DNA of 48,101 nt, from the NCBI GenBank assembly GCA_043813585.1, contig JBDRKW010000002.1:85182-133282 (forward strand), given 5' to 3'. Each line of letters starts with the position of its first letter. Position 1 is the stretch's first letter. The notes under the pieces are model-generated. The model worked only from the letters and a program-made list of their open reading frames with translations. It had not been told where the DNA came from and searched no databases. Shown in pieces: positions 40,791-48,101 of the stretch. Position numbers and translations under genes: made by a program. This DNA is from Candidatus Kerfeldbacteria bacterium. GTDB lineage: Bacteria; Patescibacteriota; Patescibacteriia; UBA9570; XYC2-FULL-38-9.

Positions 40791-41468
40791 TTATATCGTA
40801 TGTGCCGCCGGCGGCGAAATAAACTTCTCTTTTGAGCGGCGATGGAAGAAGAACTGAAGGTTAATGGCGATAAGCACGGACAGGATGGCACAGCCAACAA
40901 TAATGATAAGCAGCCACGTCGCATTAGTGATCAGCGGCTGAGAGACCACTTCGATTGTTGCCACTTCAACAGGAGTTGAGTCAACTCCATCGACAGAGGT
41001 TCTGACGTAGAGTGAATGCGCCCCCTCCGGAAGTTCTTCAGACGATATAAGCGCGTGCCATTGCCCTTCTTCGTCAGCCTGCACCGTATCAACCTCAAAG
41101 TCCCGGTCTGCCAATATCGATACCTGTGCAAGTGGTTTGGTAATTCCCGCAATATACAGAATATCGCTGCCCGGCTGCTGCCCTATTTCCATTATTGGGT
41201 CCATACCAACGACAGACTGCTTCTCCAGGTATAATGTCGTTCCCACGCTGGTTCGAACCGGTATGTGCTGCAATGTTCCCGTGTCATCGTAGGTTTCGCT
41301 GAGCTGCTCCACCGAAATCATCGAAGCGTTCTGCTGGTCTAGCTGCTGTTTTACCTCCTTCTTTGTAAATTCTCCATCAGAAGCAAGCGCCGGCGCTGCC
41401 ATGATGACAGCCGCGGCAACGATCAGAGATATGGAAATGTATGTTCTTTTTGTTTTACGGTTGTTCAT
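40791..41468 (-). CDS. Signal peptide + Ig-like domain + C-terminal TM protein
   Basis: MNNRKTK...ALA signal; ADEEGQW..L.EG.H Ig-like unit; TM + RRSK. Gaps of 4 and 7 nt to neighbours. Confidence 0.78.
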   Translation of the reverse strand: MNNRKTKRTYISISLIVAAAVIMAAPALASDGEFTKKEVKQQLDQQNASMISVEQLSETYDDTGTLQHIPVRTSVGTTLYLEKQSVVGMDPIMEIGQQPGSDILYIAGITKPLAQVSILADRDFEVDTVQADEEGQWHALISSEELPEGAHSLYVRTSVDGVDSTPVEVATIEVVSQPLITNATWLLIIIVGCAILSVLIAINLQFFFHRRSKEKFISPPAAHTI

Positions 41469-41472
41469 ATGT

Positions 41473-44400
41473 CTATTTGTTAAGCGGAGGAAGGATAGGT
41501 TCGCCCGGCAACGTGGGCTTCTCCGTATCAGGTGCAGACGTTCCGTCAATAGCATCCGCGACCCGGTCCGGCAACTTGAACTCTGTGGATGCAACCGACT
41601 CCTGCGGCAACACGGGCGCCTGCGGGAGCGCGGTGAATTCGCCTTTGTCGTCTGTTTTTTGCGCACGGCGTTTCAACAGATCCCATTCGAATTTATTCGC
41701 CGTTATGACCAACAGAACGAGCAGGATGACAATCACCCAGTCCGGCGCGCGGCGCGCCATCTCGCTGATAATGATTTCAGCCGCGTCAGTTGACGCGAGC
41801 ACTGTTTTGCCGTCCTTCTCCACGGCAACCTGGTACGACACGTGGTCGTTTGGTATTTCCGCTACCGGGATTTCGAGCGTCCAGTTTCCGTTTTGATCGA
41901 TATCGATTTCATAGGAAATGACGCCTTCACAAACAGAAATGGTTGCATGCGCGCCCGGAGTTCCCGTGCCGGCAAGAACAATGGTCTCGTCTTCAAAGAA
42001 ATTCACCGGCTGCTGTTCGTTCACATCAAATCCGTTAACCGTACCGAGCGTCAGCTCCGGCAGGTTGAGGAAACCCCGAAATTGCACCTCTGTGTCGTTT
42101 GCAGGCGGGATGAAAGTGTAGATGAGTGCTGCAATCAGGACAAGGGATGCAACGCCGGTCGCAAGTATCTGAATGATCGGCACCTTGCGGTCGATTGCGG
42201 TAACTTCAGCCGCTTTCTGCCGCCATATCATGTACACGACAACCAGCGACACCAGGAGGATCACGAGAAGGTTGGCGATAATCAACAGGAATGTTGTGCC
42301 AAATTTTGCCACAGACTTGTTGATGAAGTCGCCAATGACTTTTCTGGCTGACGTTACGTCGCCGGACGTGGCCGTGGCAATAATTAAATGCTTGCCGTCA
42401 TACAGCGCGCTGCGGTCCAGCTCAACCTGCCAATTGCCGTTTTCGTCCGCTGTCGTGGTCGGGCCTTCCTTCAGTTCATCTACGCAGAAATCAAGGTTTA
42501 CTTCAGAGCCCGGCTTGGCGCGGCCAATGATAGTGACCGTGTCCGCTCCTTCATCAGCGCCGACAATCGAATCAAGAATAATGGAGTCGGTCAGGTCGTT
42601 AATGACGTCTGTTGCGCTGCCCGGCTCTTCGCCTCCGCCACCGGGGATTTCCGGTTCAATCACTTCCGGCGGCGTTACCACCGGCGGTTCGATTATCGGA
42701 GGTACTATTTCTTCTTCCTCTTCTTCACCGCCTCCGCCGTAGCCGTCGCCTTCCGGCTCTTCTTCTCCGCCGGTATCCGTCGTTGTTGTTGTAGGTTGGT
42801 AGACGTTATAGGAAGCATATTGGTTGCTGCTGCGAAGGCCCAGGCTGTCTTCAGCATACACGCGGATCAGACGGTCGCCCAGCGCGCCGGTCGGCAGCGG
42901 GAATACGGCGTTGCCGAGAACGCCGCCGTCGCCTTCATCAAATGCGGTGTTCCATACCAGGGTACTGTCTTCAAATATGTATAGGTCATTATTCGCGCCT
43001 CCGAGTACGTCAATGCCGATGATTGTGTTTAAGACATACCGGCTGGCGATAGCGAACAGCGGGGTCGGGACCGGATGCGCGTATTTGTACGGATACCATG
43101 ACGGTACGCCGACACCTTCACCAGAAGTATCGTCCCTGTATTTGACTTCGATAAGGTGGTCGCTCCCCTGCGAAATTCCGTGCGCTCCCTGCGACAGGTC
43201 AAAGTGCCACGAGATATCAGCGTCATAGGCCACTGTTCCGACTGCATTGCCGTCAATGTATACGGTACCGGTCGCATTGTCCGGCCCGATGCCGATAATG
43301 CGGAAGCCGTCCGTGGTGACGATGCGCTTATAATAATCGCCGCTCCGCGTATCAACGGTCAGCACGGTCTGCTGCAGCGGCGGCGTTACCACCAAACGGT
43401 GGAAGTCGGGCGCAGACGGGTTCTTTTTCAATGTTTCAAACAACACGTTATATTCGCCGATCGCCAGCGCGAACGGCAGCTCGCAGATGCCGGTCTGGTT
43501 CGTGTTGCAGACTGCGACAATCTCCCCGGTATTGAAGTCCTGGAACCGGAACTGTGACTCTACACCTTCAGGTGCAAGTCCCGTGAATTGCAACCGTTGC
43601 GGTTTTGTCGTTACCGTAAAGTCACCAACCAGCGAAGTAATTGCCGGAGCGGACCGTGTCGGGGTAAAGGTCGCGATTTTCTCTTTCACGGTTTGGCTAT
43701 GGTCTTCCTTCAACCGCGCTTTGCCGTGGCCGGTATAGTCCTCACCCTGTTCCACGTCAAAGGTGCCTTCAACAACTCCGCCAACCGGGTCTTTGAACTT
43801 CTTCTTTGTTTCTACGCCTTTATGCTTAATCGATAATTGGAGGTCGTGGTTCGGATTCACCTGCTCCACATGGAACTGCGCACCTTCATCAGGGTCGATA
43901 TACAGCCGTTCATTCGGGTTATACACGCGCTGGCCATTCAGGTAGACGTGATAGTGCAAATAATCTACGCCAAACGCATCCGTGGTGAAAGAGCCGGTTT
44001 TGGTAACCTGTGTGCCGTTCTTGTTCGTCGTCACGACCTCATAATAGTAGGTGGTGTTTGGACTTAGCCCGTCAATATGGAGCGTATGCGCCGTTCCGAA
44101 CGCGGCGTCTTCCACGGTTTGCGGCAGGTTGTTCGGATCGGTCCCATACCACACCTTTGCGGTAGTCGTTACCGAAGACGTGACGGTGATGTCCGCCTGC
44201 ACGTGCGTCTTTTCCACTGACACGTCAACCGAATACGCGTCGGGAGTCGGTGGCGGAGGGGGAGGAGGCGGAGGGGGAGGCGGCTCTTCACCGTCCGTGT
44301 CTACCGCTTCTACCGGGTCGCCGAATTCAGAAGTATTATCGTTTGTGTCGATGTTGATGGCGCTCAGGATTTCGCCGCTTGCCAGTATCAGGCTGCTGCC

Positions 44401-47400
44401 CGGCGTTGCGGGCTGCAGCGATGCCCCGGTCAGGCTCGAAATGATCACGCTCCATTCACCGCTCGCCGGAATGGACGTGTCTTCCGCCTGGTATTCCCCG
44501 TCCAGGTATACTTCGACTCGACCTCCAACAATAGCGTCCGTTCCGGAGACCGTGCTGTCCAGTACTGTTGTAATGGTTGGCGGCGTAATCCCGTTGTTCG
44601 CCCCGTCTATTAGTGTAATCAGCCGCGTAATGTCATCGCCGATGAACAGGTTTTTACTGATCAGCACCTTTTCCGTGTCAGCGCCATTAACAAGCACGCC
44701 GTAGCTGAATTCGGTATCGGCCACCGCAATGTAATTCATGTCAGCAATGCTCCCGCCGATGGTTACGTCATTGGTGCCGCTTTCAAAGAACAGCGCAGCC
44801 CCTGCGTTGGTCATGCCGGTCTGGAGAGATGAATTTGTTCCAATATAGTTGCCGGTAATAGTCAGGCCTGCACTTCCGCCCCAGAAATCAATGCCATCAT
44901 TCGTGCTGTTTGTAATCGTGTTGTCTGTAATCGCAAGAGCAGAAGTATCCTCACCGCCAATGCCGTCGTTACCATTATCATCAATGGTATTAGTATCTAT
45001 CGTAACGTTCTGCGAACTCTCCAAATAAATTCCATCTGTTGTATTTGAAAGAATATCGTTGTCGAAGATGGTTAATGGTCCGGCTGTTCCGGCAACATTT
45101 ATTCCTCTTAGCGAATTGTTCTGGGTCGTATTTCCGCTGACTGTAACATCGCCTGTTCCCTCAAGATGAATACCATGAAGCGTATTATTCTCGGTTGTGT
45201 TGTTTGAGATGGCCCCATTGAAATCATTTGATGCCAAAATACCGCGGCCGTTTTCATATGCATCATTGCCGTCAACTGTCACGCCGGAAGCTTCGTGAAG
45301 GAGGAATCCTTCAGTGTTATTATGGATATCGTTGCCGGTTACGCTTACAGGGCCGGTCGTATCGTGGACCTGTATTCCGTACTGCGAGTTATACACCTCA
45401 TTATCCTGAACCGTTGCCGTAGACGTACCGTCAATCGCAAGACCGACGTTGGTAGCCCCGGATATGTCCGTATTGGATACTGTGATATTGCTTGATCCTC
45501 TAAATGAAATGCCGTATTGTATGTTGCCCTCAACAACGTTGCCGTCCCGCACTGTTGTACCGTCGGTTCCTTCCCCGTAGATGCCGTATTGTGAAGTGCC
45601 ACTGATTGTATTCTTTACTATCTCAACATTATTCGATATGGCTGCTCCACCGCCTATAAGCGCTCCTATGAATACACCGCCAGAACTATTCTCGATCGTA
45701 TTAGATGTGACAGTCGTTCCATGGCTTTCCTCACCAATCGCAACATTGATTTGAACGTTCGGCAACGGCGTCATACCATCAGAGCCCACGCCAAACGTGT
45801 TCTTATCTATCAGCGCACCGGGACTGTTTAATACCATCACCCCCACTCCTGAGTTCCCTGCAATCAAATTTCCATCATTACCGCCGGGGCCGCCAACCTG
45901 ACATGCCGTGCAGGAAGACACGGCAATACCATTTGTGTTTGGTACTGCGTTCAATCCATTATAGTCTGTACCAATGTAATTATTCTTAATGACCAAGTTA
46001 ATACTCTCATCTTGAGTCTGAATAGCAAAGCCGCCGTTACCAGAAATTACATTTCGCTGGATCACTCCCGGGCCCCCAATATTACAGTCAGTACAATTAT
46101 TAATGATAATTCCATTACGCATATTACCCGCGGCACTTAATCCCTTAGTATCAGTGCCTATAAAATTACCGTAAATGTTGACGTTGAATGCGCTAACTCC
46201 GTAGCTGTGCAGATACATACCCTCATCATCATTGTTCGAAATAAGATTGTTTTCTATTGTGCTGTTACTGAGGTTAAAAGCGAGGATGCCAAACCTGTTT
46301 CCAGCCGCATCCTTATTTGGAGAAAATCCAAATGAATTATCGCTAATTAAAATATCATCTGTGTTTGATGCATTATCTGATTCTACAAAAATTCCAGCCT
46401 GCAGGTGGTTACTGAAGTAATTTTCGATATAGTCGTTATTCCCTGCGGTGGGCTTGTTAAAAATACCAGTCTTGCAACCGACTAGGTTTGTTGACCCGTC
46501 ATTGCCAATACCGAAGTAATTATTTTGAACTGTGTTTCCGCTGCTCGTTGACTCAATATACAGACCTCCATTTCGATTACCTCCAAAAATGTTTCGGAGT
46601 GCAGGGTCTGACCCACCGACTATATTATTGTCCCCAAACAGCAACATTCCGCTACCTGTATTTCTAAGTGTAGTGTTCCCGGTCTTATCAACTCCAATAT
46701 AGTTATTAGAAGCAACAAGCGTATCGGCGTTCTGATCTTGATATACACCGCTTGCTTCTCCCATGCCCACTCCATTTCCAGCAATGACACTATTGTTAAT
46801 AGTGGTATTACTGACATGGTCTTCAAATACATTACCGACGCGTATACCGCCAACCAGGTTTGGCCTGGAAGTTGTACCGTCCTCTGTACCGACAAAGACG
46901 TTGCTTACCCGGTTGTTGTTGCCAAGGACATATATTCCATAGCCAGTAACTACGCCGGGTATCCCGCTAACGCCCTGAGCATTAATGATGCGGATATACT
47001 TATTGAAGTAACCGTCAACAGAACAATCATCACAGTCGAGTATGAGACCGTTACTATTCGCAACTAATCCGTTGTCGATAACAAATGGAGCGGTTAACGC
47101 CGGTGAAACAGATATGTGAATCTTATCTTGCGACAATGCTGGTAAGGCAACTCCTGTTCGTGAACCAACGATCGTGGTACCTGAAACATAGGGTGAAATC
47201 TGAACATCACCGCCGTCCGCATTTGCCTGTTCGATTGCAGCGCGCAACGTGCATTCTTCCTGCGGAGGGCGGACTGGAAGAAAATTGCCGGTCCAACATT
47301 TTCCGTCTCCCGGATCGACATCACCATCATCATTAGTACTATTTACCCTGTATATTGTGACGGGCATAGGAACGACCTGCGCTTCCGCTTCCAGCACGCG

Positions 47401-47745
47401 CGTTCCCGGCAGGATAACCTGGACCAAACTAAAAACGATCATCGCCGCAGTAAACAGGATGACCGGTGAAGTTGCAGTGAATACGCGGATAGTGCGCTTG
47501 AATTGCTTATGGTCGAAGTACGATGTGCCGTAGGTTCCGTCCGGTTTTGGGACGTAGACCAGTTCAAAACTCTTTCGCGCCGGAGTGAACAACACGTAAA
47601 ACGCCCGATGAACTGTAAACAGCGTGACCATTCCCATAAACGGGATAAAACCGATCGCCTGGCGCCACCATGTGCACTTTTTCTTCTGTTGTATGGGACA
47701 GCCGCCTTGCCGCTGCGCTATCTGTTTTTCTATCGGAGTGGTCAT
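41473..47745 (-). CDS. Giant (2090 aa) surface protein: CSLREA domain, parallel beta-helix, poly-Pro, FN3, Ig-like domains, multi-TM anchor
   Basis: VNSTND..D.DPGDG.C...CTLRAAIEQAN; GN.IG repeats; Pro11 run; GLSPNTTYYY; Ig-TM-TM-Ig-TM-EWDLL. Confidence 0.85.
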   Translation of the reverse strand: MTTPIEKQIAQRQGGCPIQQKKKCTWWRQAIGFIPFMGMVTLFTVHRAFYVLFTPARKSFELVYVPKPDGTYGTSYFDHKQFKRTIRVFTATSPVILFTAAMIVFSLVQVILPGTRVLEAEAQVVPMPVTIYRVNSTNDDGDVDPGDGKCWTGNFLPVRPPQEECTLRAAIEQANADGGDVQISPYVSGTTIVGSRTGVALPALSQDKIHISVSPALTAPFVIDNGLVANSNGLILDCDDCSVDGYFNKYIRIINAQGVSGIPGVVTGYGIYVLGNNNRVSNVFVGTEDGTTSRPNLVGGIRVGNVFEDHVSNTTINNSVIAGNGVGMGEASGVYQDQNADTLVASNNYIGVDKTGNTTLRNTGSGMLLFGDNNIVGGSDPALRNIFGGNRNGGLYIESTSSGNTVQNNYFGIGNDGSTNLVGCKTGIFNKPTAGNNDYIENYFSNHLQAGIFVESDNASNTDDILISDNSFGFSPNKDAAGNRFGILAFNLSNSTIENNLISNNDDEGMYLHSYGVSAFNVNIYGNFIGTDTKGLSAAGNMRNGIIINNCTDCNIGGPGVIQRNVISGNGGFAIQTQDESINLVIKNNYIGTDYNGLNAVPNTNGIAVSSCTACQVGGPGGNDGNLIAGNSGVGVMVLNSPGALIDKNTFGVGSDGMTPLPNVQINVAIGEESHGTTVTSNTIENSSGGVFIGALIGGGAAISNNVEIVKNTISGTSQYGIYGEGTDGTTVRDGNVVEGNIQYGISFRGSSNITVSNTDISGATNVGLAIDGTSTATVQDNEVYNSQYGIQVHDTTGPVSVTGNDIHNNTEGFLLHEASGVTVDGNDAYENGRGILASNDFNGAISNNTTENNTLHGIHLEGTGDVTVSGNTTQNNSLRGINVAGTAGPLTIFDNDILSNTTDGIYLESSQNVTIDTNTIDDNGNDGIGGEDTSALAITDNTITNSTNDGIDFWGGSAGLTITGNYIGTNSSLQTGMTNAGAALFFESGTNDVTIGGSIADMNYIAVADTEFSYGVLVNGADTEKVLISKNLFIGDDITRLITLIDGANNGITPPTITTVLDSTVSGTDAIVGGRVEVYLDGEYQAEDTSIPASGEWSVIISSLTGASLQPATPGSSLILASGEILSAINIDTNDNTSEFGDPVEAVDTDGEEPPPPPPPPPPPPTPDAYSVDVSVEKTHVQADITVTSSVTTTAKVWYGTDPNNLPQTVEDAAFGTAHTLHIDGLSPNTTYYYEVVTTNKNGTQVTKTGSFTTDAFGVDYLHYHVYLNGQRVYNPNERLYIDPDEGAQFHVEQVNPNHDLQLSIKHKGVETKKKFKDPVGGVVEGTFDVEQGEDYTGHGKARLKEDHSQTVKEKIATFTPTRSAPAITSLVGDFTVTTKPQRLQFTGLAPEGVESQFRFQDFNTGEIVAVCNTNQTGICELPFALAIGEYNVLFETLKKNPSAPDFHRLVVTPPLQQTVLTVDTRSGDYYKRIVTTDGFRIIGIGPDNATGTVYIDGNAVGTVAYDADISWHFDLSQGAHGISQGSDHLIEVKYRDDTSGEGVGVPSWYPYKYAHPVPTPLFAIASRYVLNTIIGIDVLGGANNDLYIFEDSTLVWNTAFDEGDGGVLGNAVFPLPTGALGDRLIRVYAEDSLGLRSSNQYASYNVYQPTTTTTDTGGEEEPEGDGYGGGGEEEEEEIVPPIIEPPVVTPPEVIEPEIPGGGGEEPGSATDVINDLTDSIILDSIVGADEGADTVTIIGRAKPGSEVNLDFCVDELKEGPTTTADENGNWQVELDRSALYDGKHLIIATATSGDVTSARKVIGDFINKSVAKFGTTFLLIIANLLVILLVSLVVVYMIWRQKAAEVTAIDRKVPIIQILATGVASLVLIAALIYTFIPPANDTEVQFRGFLNLPELTLGTVNGFDVNEQQPVNFFEDETIVLAGTGTPGAHATISVCEGVISYEIDIDQNGNWTLEIPVAEIPNDHVSYQVAVEKDGKTVLASTDAAEIIISEMARRAPDWVIVILLVLLVITANKFEWDLLKRRAQKTDDKGEFTALPQAPVLPQESVASTEFKLPDRVADAIDGTSAPDTEKPTLPGEPILPPLNK

Positions 47746-47926
47746 TTCTTACCTAATATTGGTGAAATTAACAAAAAAACAGCGCTGTCCTCCGGAATTA
47801 TTCTCCTCCCAAGGATTGTGCACTGCAATACAGTTCATACCACGATAAAAACGTGTGCCCTCCATATTTGATTGTTGTTTTGTTTTTGTTTTGTTTTTGT
47901 ACGTTTTGTCCTTTTTGTACAAAGAA

Positions 47927-47955
47927 ATAATAGCATAAAACGCGTTAGTTGTCAA
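47927..47955 (-). promoter_or_regulatory. Sigma70 promoter of the surface-protein operon
   Basis: TTGACA-17 bp-TATTAT with extended TGn. Confidence 0.75.
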
Positions 47956-47961
47956 CGCGCT

Positions 47962-48101
47962 CGTAATGGTTCAATACCTTTGCACCACCCTATCAATAAC
48001 GGTGTAAAGTATGAGAATGGCATATACAACAAACCCAAACATACCAAAGGTAAGAAGACAGGCAGTAAACAAAGTACAATTGGAAGGTTGGAGCATGAGA
48101 C
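47962..48101 (+). mobile_element. Left end of a probable IS481-like element with transposase start (ATG 48011 or 48017), truncated
   Basis: IR-like CGTAATGGTTCAATACCTT; ORF MAYTTNPNIPKVRRQAVNKVQLEGWSMR resembles the HTH start of CPR DDE transposases. Confidence 0.6.

Noticed and set aside
41473-47745. Giant surface protein as a diversity-generating retroelement target
   Set aside because: No reverse transcriptase and no template/variable repeat pair differing at adenines was seen in the window.

Overview
Chromosomal window from a Patescibacteria (CPR) bacterium, probably Parcubacteria/ABY1-like. This is inferred from the unlinked, intron-containing 23S rRNA, tRNAs mostly lacking encoded CCA, housekeeping genes mostly without Shine-Dalgarno sites, a short ProRS and N/T-rich lipoproteins. 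In order, it holds: a minus-strand DNA-damage repair cluster (mpg, nth, ATL/MGMT-like, deaminase, HD hydrolase, msrB remnant, EndoQ); 5S and 23S rRNA with no adjacent 16S and two group I introns (L2604 with a LAGLIDADG endonuclease, L1951 ORF-less); metK; proS; an IS30; seven tRNA or tRNA-like genes including a rare tRNA-Ile(UAU) and a damaged duplicate of tRNA-Val(GAC) bracketing a ~4 kb cargo; rplS, an RluA/D enzyme, LOG, ftsH, rpsA and gyrA; a three-gene surface-protein operon; and the start of an IS481-like element. The two best candidates for something undescribed are (1) four scattered single-gene units that are GC-rich, carry SD sites and have hairpin ends, one encoding an RNA polymerase alpha-CTD-like protein lacking DNA-binding residues, and (2) a modular surface-display operon whose members share an N-terminal motif and an Ig-TM-TM-Ig-TM-EWDLL anchor. 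All assignments are from motif recognition by eye; no database searches were run.
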